From an uncultured Gammaproteobacteria bacterium (GTDB lineage: Bacteria > Pseudomonadota > Gammaproteobacteria > SZUA-152): a stretch of DNA of 64,000 bases. Position 1 is the first letter of the stretch; each line of letters begins with the position of its first letter. Positions 46,722 through 56,194 of the stretch are shown here, in pieces. Position numbers and translations under genes: made by a program. A model generated the notes under the pieces. It saw only the letters and a list, made by a program, of their open reading frames with translations. It did not search any database and was not told the DNA's origin. The stretch spans positions 2,073 through 66,072 of the forward strand of contig CAJVYS010000002.1 in NCBI GenBank assembly GCA_913009875.1. The letters are read 5' to 3'.

Positions 46722-47063
46722 ATGAATGCGAACGTCATATCTCGAAAGTTGGAAGCTATACAGACCAAAGGCGCTATGCGTTCGGTTGATGTAGCCAATC
46801 TGCTGGGCACAAGGCCTGAAACAGTTTCTCGTTGGAACCAAGGTAAGGCATTTCCACGCCGTTCAGCTGAAAAGACCCTTCTTGAACTCGAGTTTATAGT
46901 TGACCAACTCTCTGATTTTTACGAACCACAAGAAGCACGAATGTGGTTATTTTCACCACAGAAACTCCTAGTCGGTAGAAGACCAGCTGATTTGATTCAA
47001 TCTGGTGAAACAGAAGTAATTATAGAACTTATAGAGCAGCTGCGCGATGGCGTGTATATCTAA
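46722..47063 (+). CDS. Xre/MbcA/ParS-family antitoxin (HTH plus a DUF2384-like toxin-binding domain)
   Basis: It is 113 aa long, has a helix-turn-helix (VDVANLLGTRPETVSRWNQGK) and ends 14 bp before the RES gene. Confidence 0.75.
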   Translation: MNANVISRKLEAIQTKGAMRSVDVANLLGTRPETVSRWNQGKAFPRRSAEKTLLELEFIVDQLSDFYEPQEARMWLFSPQKLLVGRRPADLIQSGETEVIIELIEQLRDGVYI

Positions 47064-47077
47064 TTTGGGGGGCTGAT

Positions 47078-47617
47078 TTGATCCACAACCCTGAATTACT
47101 AGAAAGGCTAGCTGAGTTTGAAATCAAGCCATTCAGTTCTGAAGTTTACAGAGCTTGCAGGAAGGGATTAGATCCGACTACATCGTCGACACGCGGTGGC
47201 CGCTGGGCAAAACGTAATGGTTGCTCCGTGCTTTATACTAGTCTTACAAGCGATGGTGCATTAGCCGAACTTAGCTTCCACTGGGGTCAATTGAATCCAG
47301 TACCTACTAAGCAAGCGTTTCTGTATCGGCTACGTGTTACTACGAAACAAAGCCTTCGTCTGATAATGGCAGATTTAGCCACGTTAGGGGTCAATGAAGG
47401 GCAGTATTCAGAGATCCCTTACCCTCTCTGTCAAGAAATTGGGGAAGCAGTCGGTTTTCTTGGATGCGATGGATTAATTGTTCCCTCAGCAAGATGGAAT
47501 TGTGAGAATTTAGTGTTGTTTACAGATTCCCATAGTTTGGACGAGCAGCTTGAGATAGTAGGTTTGTCCGAAGTGGATTGGTTGGGCTGGGCCAGAAAAA
47601 ATGGGGTACAGTTATAA
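47078..47617 (+). CDS. RES-domain toxin (MbcT/ParT-like NAD+-targeting); it has a TTG start
   Basis: The R...E...S motif residues are present (TRGGRW ... ELSFHW ... LIVPSARW). The protein is 179 aa long with gggggg as a Shine-Dalgarno sequence. Confidence 0.75.
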   Translation: MIHNPELLERLAEFEIKPFSSEVYRACRKGLDPTTSSTRGGRWAKRNGCSVLYTSLTSDGALAELSFHWGQLNPVPTKQAFLYRLRVTTKQSLRLIMADLATLGVNEGQYSEIPYPLCQEIGEAVGFLGCDGLIVPSARWNCENLVLFTDSHSLDEQLEIVGLSEVDWLGWARKNGVQL

Positions 47618-47625
47618 ATTACTAC

Positions 47626-48324
47626 CTAGCCAGCAGCAAAGGATACAGCTTCATTTCTGAAAAAGGATTTCACTAAAGCCATATCCTGGGCAATCAACTC
47701 CAAGTCGATGAATGTTCTCTCCCGCAGGGATTCGCCTTTTTTGAGTGGTGACCTTGCCGTACCAGTTTGCCGCATGTAGTTCCATACCAACTCATCTGGG
47801 TTAAGGTCGGGTGCATAGGGCGGCAGTATGAATATACTCAGACGGCCCTTTAGACTGGCGACATATTCTTTTACCTTTTTGCTCTTATGCACGGGATGGC
47901 CATCCGTAATAACATAAATGGGCTTCTTGCGATTGCGAATCAAGTCTTTCAAACATTCGATACAAACATCAGCATTAAAACGCTCCGTATAGACCCGGTA
48001 CCAAAAACCACCGCTGTTCGATAGGGCTGAAATGGCATTAACACCTTGCCGTTGACCACTTGTTTTTACGGTTGGTGTTTGACCTTTTAGGCCCCAGGTT
48101 CTCATTAATGGATCATCCGAACGTATTGATGCTTCATCTAGCCAGAATATCTCTGCGCCTTGTTTTTTCGCGCTTTTCCTGATTTCAGGATAAGTCTCCT
48201 CTTTCCACTTTTTAATTTCAGCATCATCCCGTTCATAAGCTCGGCGCATCGGTTTTTGTGGGCTAAGCCCCAGACGATGAAGCAAATCACCAACAGGCAA
48301 GTGAAAAAAAGAATCTGGTCCCAT
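47626..48324 (-). mobile_element. IS630/Tc1-family transposase gene, 5'-truncated (DDE domain only, 232 aa)
   Basis: The IS630 motifs [29 protein letters not shown] and [15 protein letters not shown] are present. The upstream N-terminal HTH region is missing, with a stop 2 codons upstream in frame. Confidence 0.7.
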
Positions 48325-48814
48325 TTCTTAACGATCTCGAATTTGACGGTGAACAGGTGCAGGTATTTCTTGATCTGTTGAATATTCTTACAGTGTGCGA
48401 AGAACAGGACTGGATGGAATGTTTCGTGAAATGATGCCACCTTGAGAAGGTCTGCATGAAACCAGAGTATATGCTTCGTCTTATTCTAATAGTGATTGAT
48501 CTGCAGGAAAGCAAAATAAATGGCGGCAAAGCGATCCGGGCAGATGCTGGCAGAAGCGCTTGCGGTGTAAAAAAACAGGTATGGCGGGGTGTCGTTAAGT
48601 TGCCCGACATTCAGCGGTCGGGCCACAAACGCCTGCTATGGGCCGGGTGATTACAGTCAGGCATGAAGGGCTGGCGTCTATTGGGCCAATGCGCCGATGC
48701 TCCACAGGATGGCGCCTCGCTGCGGTATGACCACTTTTTGGATTTTGTCCGCGAAGAAATTACCGTCGATCAGCATCGTGGAGAGACGTGAACTTATCCC
48801 CGCAGTACGGCTTT

Positions 48815-50035
48815 CTAGGCGCGCTTTTCCGTCCTGCCCGACATGCTGCCCGGCAGGGTCACGCCATTGCCGACGGAGCAGTCCTGGTAGTCGATGCTGA
48901 TGCGGTCGCCGGCATAGGGCCGGAACAGGGTGTCGGCAAAGCGGACGTGGTCGGGATGCTCGCGATAGCTGTCGATCACGGCTTTATGGGTAAAGCGCAC
49001 CAGCCAGCAGAAGCGGTATTTGGCACCTTCCTGGACGGCCTCGCCAGTGAAGACGTCGCGTACGCCGGGAATGTTAGACAGGATCTGCCACCCTTTGCTT
49101 ATCATGGCCTGAGCTTGTTCATCGCTCATGTGCTCGACGACGTTGTAGATAATCAAGTGCTCTATAGGGGCCCAGGGTTCGCACTGCGTCAATACTTCAG
49201 CGGCCCGTCCGGCGCTACCCCACAGCCGCAAGCAACGCTTTACCTCAGTGCAAATGGCCTCTTTTACCCCTTGTTTTAAATCGGTAAAACTGCCTTCCCG
49301 GTCGGCCTTTACCTGGGCGCGCATGGTCTTTGCCGCGACATCGGACAGCCCGGTGAAGTAGTTGATCTTGGCGACACCCAGTGAGCTGAGGCGGCGATAC
49401 TGTTCTTCGTTCAGTCCACTGCCGCCGTGCAATACCAGGGGGATGTCGACGGCGGTATGAATCTGTTTCAGACGCTGAAAATCGAGTTTGATGCGCCCCT
49501 TGGAACGACCCTGCACGGTGCCGATGGAGACGGACAGAAAATCGATCCCACTGCGTTCGATATAGGCTTTGGCCTCGACGGGCAGGGTCAGGGCCGAGGC
49601 ATCTTCGCTGTCATCCGAGCCCACATAGCCCACCTCACCGACCACCGGCACATTGCAGCTGTGGGCCATGGCGGCGATTTCTTTGCTCAGTTTGATATTG
49701 TCGGGCAGATCCCGGTTGGAGGAACAGAGGGTGATGCCGTTGCAGCCCAGGTTGATGGCGCGCCGGGCGGATTCGAGGGAGCTGGCATGGTCGAGCTGGA
49801 TGGCGATGGGCACGGAGGCGCGCTTGGCGGCGGCTTCCACCGCCGGCATCATGAGTTCCAGGTCGTAATGGGCGAAGTGGTGTTCGGCCACGCTGAGGAT
49901 CACCGGCGCGCGGGAAGTTTCGGCGGCGTCGACAACGGCCTCAAGAAAATCCAGGCTGACCAGATCAAAGGCGCCTACCGCATAGTTGTTTTCATAAGCG
50001 TGGTGCAGCATGTCACGCATGTTAACCAGCGCCAT
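48815..50035 (-). CDS. Class IIB fructose-bisphosphate aldolase (about 290 aa) fused to a C-terminal Dabb (stress-responsive alpha/beta-barrel) domain of about 100 aa
   Basis: The N-terminus aligns to 285-aa class II FBAs (MALVNMRDML ... IQLDHASS ... LHGGSG). The C-terminus, HLIIYNVVEH ... YREHPDHVRFADTLFRPYAGDRISIDYQ, is Dabb-like. It is the last gene of the cbb operon. Confidence 0.7.
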   Translation of the reverse strand: MALVNMRDMLHHAYENNYAVGAFDLVSLDFLEAVVDAAETSRAPVILSVAEHHFAHYDLELMMPAVEAAAKRASVPIAIQLDHASSLESARRAINLGCNGITLCSSNRDLPDNIKLSKEIAAMAHSCNVPVVGEVGYVGSDDSEDASALTLPVEAKAYIERSGIDFLSVSIGTVQGRSKGRIKLDFQRLKQIHTAVDIPLVLHGGSGLNEEQYRRLSSLGVAKINYFTGLSDVAAKTMRAQVKADREGSFTDLKQGVKEAICTEVKRCLRLWGSAGRAAEVLTQCEPWAPIEHLIIYNVVEHMSDEQAQAMISKGWQILSNIPGVRDVFTGEAVQEGAKYRFCWLVRFTHKAVIDSYREHPDHVRFADTLFRPYAGDRISIDYQDCSVGNGVTLPGSMSGRTEKRA

Positions 50036-50098
50036 GTTGTTTTTCCCTCGTTATCCTGCGTGTTTTTGACAATCCACTATTTCGACAATCCTCCAGAG

Positions 50099-50455
50099 TC
50101 ACTCCTCGTGCAGGGAGTTCTCCAGCTCTTCCTCCATCAATGCCAGCGAGGGGGCGCGCAATTTTGATGCGGCAAAATGGTAATAGTTCAGCTTGCACCT
50201 GACCGGCTCATGCAGGGCATCACGCCCCTGATCCTCAAACGCCACCCAGGCCAGCACCGGCAAGTCGCCCTGCCGTTCATTGGCACAGACCCATTCGCGC
50301 TCTTCCAGAAGCATGACCATCCCCGGATAGCCCGGTAGGGCAATACGCATCGGGCAGGGGTAGTGCAGCTTTGCCCGGCGCCAAAGATTGTAGAGCTTGG
50401 CGGTGACTTCGTCGTCCCGCTGGGCATACACGGGTACATCCCGGATTCGGCTCAC
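50099..50455 (-). CDS. Hypothetical protein (118 aa) within the cbb operon
   Basis: The ORF lies between cbbO and the aldolase gene on the same strand. Confidence 0.4.
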   Translation of the reverse strand: MSRIRDVPVYAQRDDEVTAKLYNLWRRAKLHYPCPMRIALPGYPGMVMLLEEREWVCANERQGDLPVLAWVAFEDQGRDALHEPVRCKLNYYHFAASKLRAPSLALMEEELENSLHEE

Positions 50456-50472
50456 GCAGTTCCTTAATAAGG

Positions 50473-52815
50473 TTAGCGGGTCAGGCTGGCAAACAGCGTC
50501 GGCAGTTTTTCCGGCAAACGCTCGACGTGATCGATGATGGTGTAATTGTTGACGCCGAAAATACGCTTTACGTAGCGGTCGGCGTTGCGATCCAGGGTCA
50601 GACAGTAGCTCATCACGCCCTTGCTCGCCAGCTCCTCTACGGCCTTCTTGGTATCCATGCGCAGATGCTGGGGATCGCGCTCATCGATATCCGCCGGTTC
50701 ACCGTCGGTCACCAGCAGCAGCAGTTTCTTCCGCTCCTGCTGATTCAACAGGTGCCGGGCGGCGTGGCGCATGGCGGCACCCATGCGCGTGGATAGCCCG
50801 CCCTGCATACCGGCCAAGCGTGCCTTGACGTCATCGTCCCAATACTGGTTGAAATCCTTGAAGCGGTAGTATTGCACGTCGTGGCGGCTGTCGGAGGAAA
50901 AGCCATGAATGGCGAACGGATCGCCTACGCCGTTGATGGCGGTGGAGACCAGAGCGGCCGCCTCACGGGTCAGTTCCAGCACGGTTTTATCCGAACCGTC
51001 TATCTTTTCGTTGGTGGATTCAGACAGATCGAGCAACACCACCACGCTGAGGTCACGATTCTTGACCACGTTGCGCATGGTGATGCGCGGGTTGGGTTGT
51101 TCGCCCATGCGAATGGAGATCATGGCATCGATGGCGGCATTGAGGTCGATCTCGTCGCCGTCTTCCATGTTGCGCACCCGCTGCACACCTTCCGGCTGCA
51201 GCATGTCGATGATCTGTTTGATGCGCTGGGTGACGGGTTTGTGCTCGATCAGAATCTGGTCGATAAGCTCCGGGTCACCCTTGGGCTGATGTCGTTCGTA
51301 GACCGTGGCCCAGTCCGGGCGGTGCAGCTGCACCTGATAGTCCCACTCCTGATAGTGGTAGGGTTCAGATACCGGCTCTTTGCCCCACATGTCATTGAAA
51401 CTGACCGTGGCGACGCCGGCATCTTCGTAGGGCATGAATTCAGTGGGGCAGACCCAGATTTCCTGGGCGTCATCACCGGCCAGCTCACAATCCACTTCAT
51501 GGGCCATCTCAATAGCCGACACATATTTGCGTACCTGGCGCTGGCTCGCGGCGACATACTCTACGCCATCCTGCCAGGCGAATTCGTCGAAATCCCACAG
51601 CAGGCGATTGTCATCACGATAGGGAATGCGCAGCGATTCGAGGATGCGCAGGCTGGGTACGTCCCTGCGCACCGCGAGTATGTTGAACAGTTCCAGCCCC
51701 ATGTGCCAGGAGAACTGGGGATTGGTCTTGTTGGCCTCGATATTGGTGTGGAAGCGTTCGGCCAGCGTGTTGAGTTCGGCATCATCTCCCTTGACGGCGC
51801 TGTCGAGCAGCATCAACGCCATCCGCTCCAGCAAGGTAACGGTGGGGTGCTGCGGTGCATCCGCATAGTCGATACTGAGCAGCGCACCCCAGAGTTTTTT
51901 CAGGCCGGGAAAATTCTGCACGGCGCAATACTCGACCCGTGCATCTTCCATGAAGCCGATGAAAAACATCTGCGCCGGGCTGAGCTGTTCGGCGGAGAGT
52001 GGCTCGTGGGTATACATCAGGTGTGCGCCCTGGTGGACGACCATGGCGCGGTAAAGCTCGTGCCCCTTCACATCGTTAATGCCATCCACCGCATCGGGCA
52101 GGTGCATTATGCGAAATTCCAGATAGGGTTTGAAGCCTTCGTGATCGGCGGCGCTGGGACGCAGGAAGAAATCACGCCCCCACAGGGCACGCAGATAGAA
52201 ATTCATCTTGCGTTGATTATCGATAAATAGCGTGCCGCGGCGTTCCTTCTGCAGCATCGCCTTGGCGTCTTCGGTTTGTAGGCTGAAATAAGCCACCTGC
52301 CCCGGTAAATCACGGGCATAGGCCTGGGCGCCATAAAGTGCCCAGCGTTTCAAGCCACTCAGCGTCAGCCTGGAGAGCAACTCATCCATGATGGCTAGCA
52401 TGGGGCGTAACCCACGGGAGGATCTGGCGGCGAGTTGGTGGATCAGATTCAGGTAACCGCGCAACAGCTCCGGGTCGCCGAGGCGACGGGCGACCGTCGG
52501 CAGAGAGGAAAACAGCAGGGCGATGACCTCACCGGAGGTCATGGAAGAGAGCTTCATGGCCGCGGCGATACAATCGCGGATGATGTCGTCGCCACATTCC
52601 TTGGTGACAGCCGGCATATTTTCTAAAAAAGAAGTGACCAGATTGCCGCCACGGCCCAGGTTTGCCAGACCTTTGGCCCCCTCCAGGTAGTCATGCAGAG
52701 CAATGGCCGACATGTTGCGTGCCGCGTCGTGGAAGGTGGCATCCAGAGTGTCTTTCAGCTCAGGTGCGGCCCCTTCCAGGATCTCACGGTAGTCGTCCAG
52801 GTCAATGCTCGTCAT
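50473..52815 (-). CDS. cbbO: RuBisCO activation protein CbbO (von Willebrand factor A domain)
   Basis: The protein is 780 aa long and has a C-terminal VWA domain with a MIDAS motif (VLLDLSESTN). It lies directly downstream of cbbQ. Confidence 0.8.
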   Translation of the reverse strand: MTSIDLDDYREILEGAAPELKDTLDATFHDAARNMSAIALHDYLEGAKGLANLGRGGNLVTSFLENMPAVTKECGDDIIRDCIAAAMKLSSMTSGEVIALLFSSLPTVARRLGDPELLRGYLNLIHQLAARSSRGLRPMLAIMDELLSRLTLSGLKRWALYGAQAYARDLPGQVAYFSLQTEDAKAMLQKERRGTLFIDNQRKMNFYLRALWGRDFFLRPSAADHEGFKPYLEFRIMHLPDAVDGINDVKGHELYRAMVVHQGAHLMYTHEPLSAEQLSPAQMFFIGFMEDARVEYCAVQNFPGLKKLWGALLSIDYADAPQHPTVTLLERMALMLLDSAVKGDDAELNTLAERFHTNIEANKTNPQFSWHMGLELFNILAVRRDVPSLRILESLRIPYRDDNRLLWDFDEFAWQDGVEYVAASQRQVRKYVSAIEMAHEVDCELAGDDAQEIWVCPTEFMPYEDAGVATVSFNDMWGKEPVSEPYHYQEWDYQVQLHRPDWATVYERHQPKGDPELIDQILIEHKPVTQRIKQIIDMLQPEGVQRVRNMEDGDEIDLNAAIDAMISIRMGEQPNPRITMRNVVKNRDLSVVVLLDLSESTNEKIDGSDKTVLELTREAAALVSTAINGVGDPFAIHGFSSDSRHDVQYYRFKDFNQYWDDDVKARLAGMQGGLSTRMGAAMRHAARHLLNQQERKKLLLLVTDGEPADIDERDPQHLRMDTKKAVEELASKGVMSYCLTLDRNADRYVKRIFGVNNYTIIDHVERLPEKLPTLFASLTR

Positions 52816-52880
52816 CTTTCTCTCCAGCTATTGTGTTGAGGCCGCCTTTTTGGGTTACCTGAATCCGTGGCTTCAGATGG

Positions 52881-53744
52881 TTATTCAAAGAACGTAGAAA
52901 CGGCCGCATCCAGTGTTTCACGCATATCCGGATCATCCGTCAGCGGGCGCACCAGCGCCACTCGGCAAGCCACAATCGGATCCAGGCCCTTGACAATGAG
53001 CTGGCCGGCATACACCAACAGCCGGGTGGAGATACCTTCATCCAGGCCGTGACCCTTGAGGTTACGGCCGCGCTCACCGATTTGCACCAGCTTTTCGGCG
53101 GTCGCCTTGTCCACGCCGGCCTCTTTGCTGATGATTTCTATCTCGGTTTCAACATTGGGATAATCAAAATCCAGGGCGCCAAAACGCTGCTTGGTGGACT
53201 GTTTCAGATCCTTCATCAGGCTCTGGTAGCCGGGGTTATAGGAGATCACCAGCTGAAAGTCCGGATGGCACTTCACCAGCTCGCCCTTTTTCTCCAGGGG
53301 CAGCTCGCGTCGATGGTCGGTGACGGGATGGATGACGACAATGGTGTCCTGGCGGGCTTCCACCACCTCATCCAGATAGCAGATGGCGCCGATACGTGCA
53401 GCCAGGGTCAGCGGACCGTCCTGCCATTTTGTGCCGTCTTTATCGAGCAGGAAACGCCCCACCAGGTCGGAGGCGGTCATGTCCTCGTTGCAGGCCACGG
53501 TGATCAACGGCTTGCCCAGCTTCCAGGCCATGTACTCCACGAAACGGGATTTACCACAACCCGTTGGTCCTTTCAGCATCATGGGCATGCGTGCGGCATA
53601 GGCCGCTTCGTAGGTGTCTACCTCGTCTGCAACCGGGCAGTAATACGGCTCTTCGGTAATCGTGTATTGCGACGCAACATTATCCACTTTTTTTTCCGCG
53701 ACTGGGCTCATCGTTTGATCCTCATCTTTGTCCGCATGCTTCAT
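52881..53744 (-). CDS. cbbQ: RuBisCO activase CbbQ (MoxR-type AAA+ ATPase)
   Basis: It has the Walker A motif GPTGCGKS and MoxR-family blocks. It lies downstream of cbbLS. Confidence 0.85.
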   Translation of the reverse strand: MKHADKDEDQTMSPVAEKKVDNVASQYTITEEPYYCPVADEVDTYEAAYAARMPMMLKGPTGCGKSRFVEYMAWKLGKPLITVACNEDMTASDLVGRFLLDKDGTKWQDGPLTLAARIGAICYLDEVVEARQDTIVVIHPVTDHRRELPLEKKGELVKCHPDFQLVISYNPGYQSLMKDLKQSTKQRFGALDFDYPNVETEIEIISKEAGVDKATAEKLVQIGERGRNLKGHGLDEGISTRLLVYAGQLIVKGLDPIVACRVALVRPLTDDPDMRETLDAAVSTFFE

Positions 53745-53792
53745 AAAAAAACCGATTCGTCACCGGGCTCTTTAGGAAATATGCGAGGTAAA

Positions 53793-54056
53793 GGGCACTT
53801 CTAATGATGGCTTGTGGCCTCTGCGCAACCTGGCAAGGGTTGGCGCAAGACGGCTTGCGAAGGGAAGGCTGGTTGCCCTTTCCAAGCAAGCCAACGCAGT
53901 GCCTGCCCTTGCCAGGCAGCGCCCTGCGGGGCCTACAGGCTGGTTCGCACTCGGCGTTGCAACTTTACGCCAAGCTACCAGCTTGCCTTTAAAGTTGCGT
54001 CTTGATTGCGAACCAGTCTGTAGGCCAGAGGCCGCAAGCCATCATTAGAAGTGCCC
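53793..54056. repeat. Complex nested palindromic element of 264 bp in the cbbS-cbbQ intergenic region. It has outer inverted repeats of 31 bp (30 of 31 identical) and a nested 18-bp inverted repeat.
   Basis: The outer repeats are gggcacttctaatgatggcttgtggcctctg ... cagaggccgcaagccatcattagaagtgccc. The inner repeats are cctacaggctggttcgca / tgcgaaccagtctgtagg. Confidence 0.6.
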
Positions 54057-54107
54057 TAAAACATGACCCGGAAAAATCCGGGCCATGTCGATACTCAATG
54101 CCGACAA

Positions 54108-54464
54108 TTAGGTTGGCGTACCACGGAAGATAACCATGGATGCACCTTGTGATTGGGCAAAGTTGTCAAAACCAACCAGGCGAACATGATTGTTTGGGTG
54201 TGCCTTATGGGCCGCTTCCGCTTCAGCCAGGATGCGATCCACATCCGTCTCACCGAACATCGGCAGCTTCCACATGTACCAGTAAGAGCTGAAGGCATTG
54301 GCGGGTTCGGTGTGCTCAATGGCCGGGTTCCAGCCCTTGGAGACAATGTACTGAACCTGTGCCTTGATTTGCTCGTTAGTCATTTCCGGCAGGTAGGAAA
54401 ATGTTTCGAACTTCCGGCTTGAGACATCGCTCAGGCTGGATTTGTAATCTTGCATTTCACTCAT
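54108..54464 (-). CDS. cbbS: RuBisCO small subunit
   Basis: It is 118 aa long, with [13 protein letters not shown]... and the motif KGWNPAIEH. Confidence 0.9.
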   Translation of the reverse strand: MSEMQDYKSSLSDVSSRKFETFSYLPEMTNEQIKAQVQYIVSKGWNPAIEHTEPANAFSSYWYMWKLPMFGETDVDRILAEAEAAHKAHPNNHVRLVGFDNFAQSQGASMVIFRGTPT

Positions 54465-54566
54465 GTTGTTTTCCTCAATGATATTCCAATTCGTTGGCGA
54501 GCAAAGGGGCGGGCCAGGACCATCAGGCCCGCCACATTGTTCGCGTAGGGGTTTTGGCTGGTGTTG

Positions 54567-55988
54567 TTACTTGTGTGCAACGTCCAGCTTGTCCACCGTG
54601 TCGAATTCGAACTTGATCTCTTTCCAGGTTTCCATGGCCATCTTCAGCTCAGGGCTGGACTTGGCGGCACCGTTCAAGATGTCTTTGCCTTCCTTCTCCA
54701 GCTCGCGACCTTCGTTACGCGCCTGCACGCAGGCTTCCACCGCCACACGGTTGGCCGCCGCACCGGCTGCGTTGCCCCAGGGGTGGCCCAGGGTGCCGCC
54801 ACCGAACTGCAGCACAGAGTCATCACCGAAGATGTTCACCAGTGCAGGCATATGCCAGACGTGGATACCACCAGAGGCAACCGGCATGACACCCGGCATG
54901 GCGCCAAAGTCTTGATCGAAGAAGATACCGCGTGAACGGTCTTCCTTGATGAAAGAGTCACGCATGATATCGATCCAGCCCAGAGTCGCCTCGCGGTCAC
55001 CTTCCAGCTTGCCGACAACGGTGCCGGAGTGCAGGTGATCACCACCGGACAGACGCAGGCACTTGGTCAGTACGCGGAAATGAATACCGTGGTGGGGGTT
55101 GCGATCCATGACCGCATGCATGGCGCGGTGAATGTGCAGCAACATGCCGTTATCACGACACCAGTTGGCCAGGCCCGTATTGGCGCAGAAGCCGCCGGTC
55201 AGGTAATCGTGCATGATGATCGGTGCGCCGATTTCTTTGGCGAATTCGGCACGCTTGTACATCTCTTCAGGCGTGGCCGCCGTGACATTCAGGTAATGAC
55301 CCTTCTTCTCGCCGGTCTCTGCCTGCGCCTTTTCGGTCGCTTCCTGGACGAACTCGAAACGATCACGCCAGCGCATGAACGGCTGGGAGTTGACGTTCTC
55401 GTCATCCTTGGTGAAATCGAGACCACCACGCAGACCTTCATAACAGGCGCGGCCATAGTTCTTGGCGGACAGACCCAGCTTGGGCTTGATGGTGCAACCG
55501 AGCATCGGACGACCGTACTTGTTCATCTTGTCGCGTTCGACCTGGATACCGTTAGGCGGTCCACCACAGGTCATGACATAAGCCAGCGGGAAGCGAATGT
55601 CTTCCAGGCGCAGGGCGCGCAGCGCCTTGAAGCCGAATACGTTACCGACCAGAGAGGTCAGCACGTTGACCATCGAACCCTCTTCGAACAGATCGATCGG
55701 ATAAGCGATGAAGGCATAGAAGGCCTCGTCATCACCCGGCACGTCTTCGATGGCGTAGGCACGACCCTTGTAATGGTCGAGGTCAGTGAGAAGGTCGGTC
55801 CAGACGGTGGTCCAGGTACCGGTGGAAGATTCGGCTGCAACAGCAGCAGCGATCTCTTCACGCGGCACACCCGCCTGCGGAATGACCTTGAAGCAGGCCA
55901 GAATATCGCTTTCCTTGGGCGTATACTCGGGCATCCAATAAGTTTCGCGGTATTCTTTTACGCCCGCGCTATAGGTTTTATCAGCCAT
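54567..55988 (-). CDS. cbbL: RuBisCO large subunit, form I (green-like IA)
   Basis: It is 473 aa long and has the active-site blocks [23 protein letters not shown] and the GxDFxKxDE lysine region. Confidence 0.95.
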   Translation of the reverse strand: MADKTYSAGVKEYRETYWMPEYTPKESDILACFKVIPQAGVPREEIAAAVAAESSTGTWTTVWTDLLTDLDHYKGRAYAIEDVPGDDEAFYAFIAYPIDLFEEGSMVNVLTSLVGNVFGFKALRALRLEDIRFPLAYVMTCGGPPNGIQVERDKMNKYGRPMLGCTIKPKLGLSAKNYGRACYEGLRGGLDFTKDDENVNSQPFMRWRDRFEFVQEATEKAQAETGEKKGHYLNVTAATPEEMYKRAEFAKEIGAPIIMHDYLTGGFCANTGLANWCRDNGMLLHIHRAMHAVMDRNPHHGIHFRVLTKCLRLSGGDHLHSGTVVGKLEGDREATLGWIDIMRDSFIKEDRSRGIFFDQDFGAMPGVMPVASGGIHVWHMPALVNIFGDDSVLQFGGGTLGHPWGNAAGAAANRVAVEACVQARNEGRELEKEGKDILNGAAKSSPELKMAMETWKEIKFEFDTVDKLDVAHK

Positions 55989-56194
55989 TGAATAGCATCC
56001 TCTTCATGTGCTTTGACTTTCGACTCAGGGAAATAAACGCCCTCAGTCCCAACAAACTCTGTTTAATCGTCCGGTTGTTTTCCCCGGAAGATCCGCCGGT
56101 TGTCAGGCGAGATAGCAATATAGGCGCGTAGATCCATTTAAAAAAATTAATTGTTGTTATAAAATACATTTACATTTGTTTATGGATGTTTGTC
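55989..56194. promoter_or_regulatory. cbbR-cbbL divergent promoter region with LysR-type T-N11-A candidate sites
   Basis: An AT-rich segment lies between the divergent genes; it contains ttataaaatacatttacatttgtttat. Confidence 0.5.

Noticed and set aside
48325-48700. A possible N-terminal HTH domain of the IS630 transposase in another frame, by programmed frameshift
   Set aside because: None of the three upstream frames encodes a helix-turn-helix-like sequence, and an in-frame stop lies 2 codons upstream. The gene is therefore treated as truncated.
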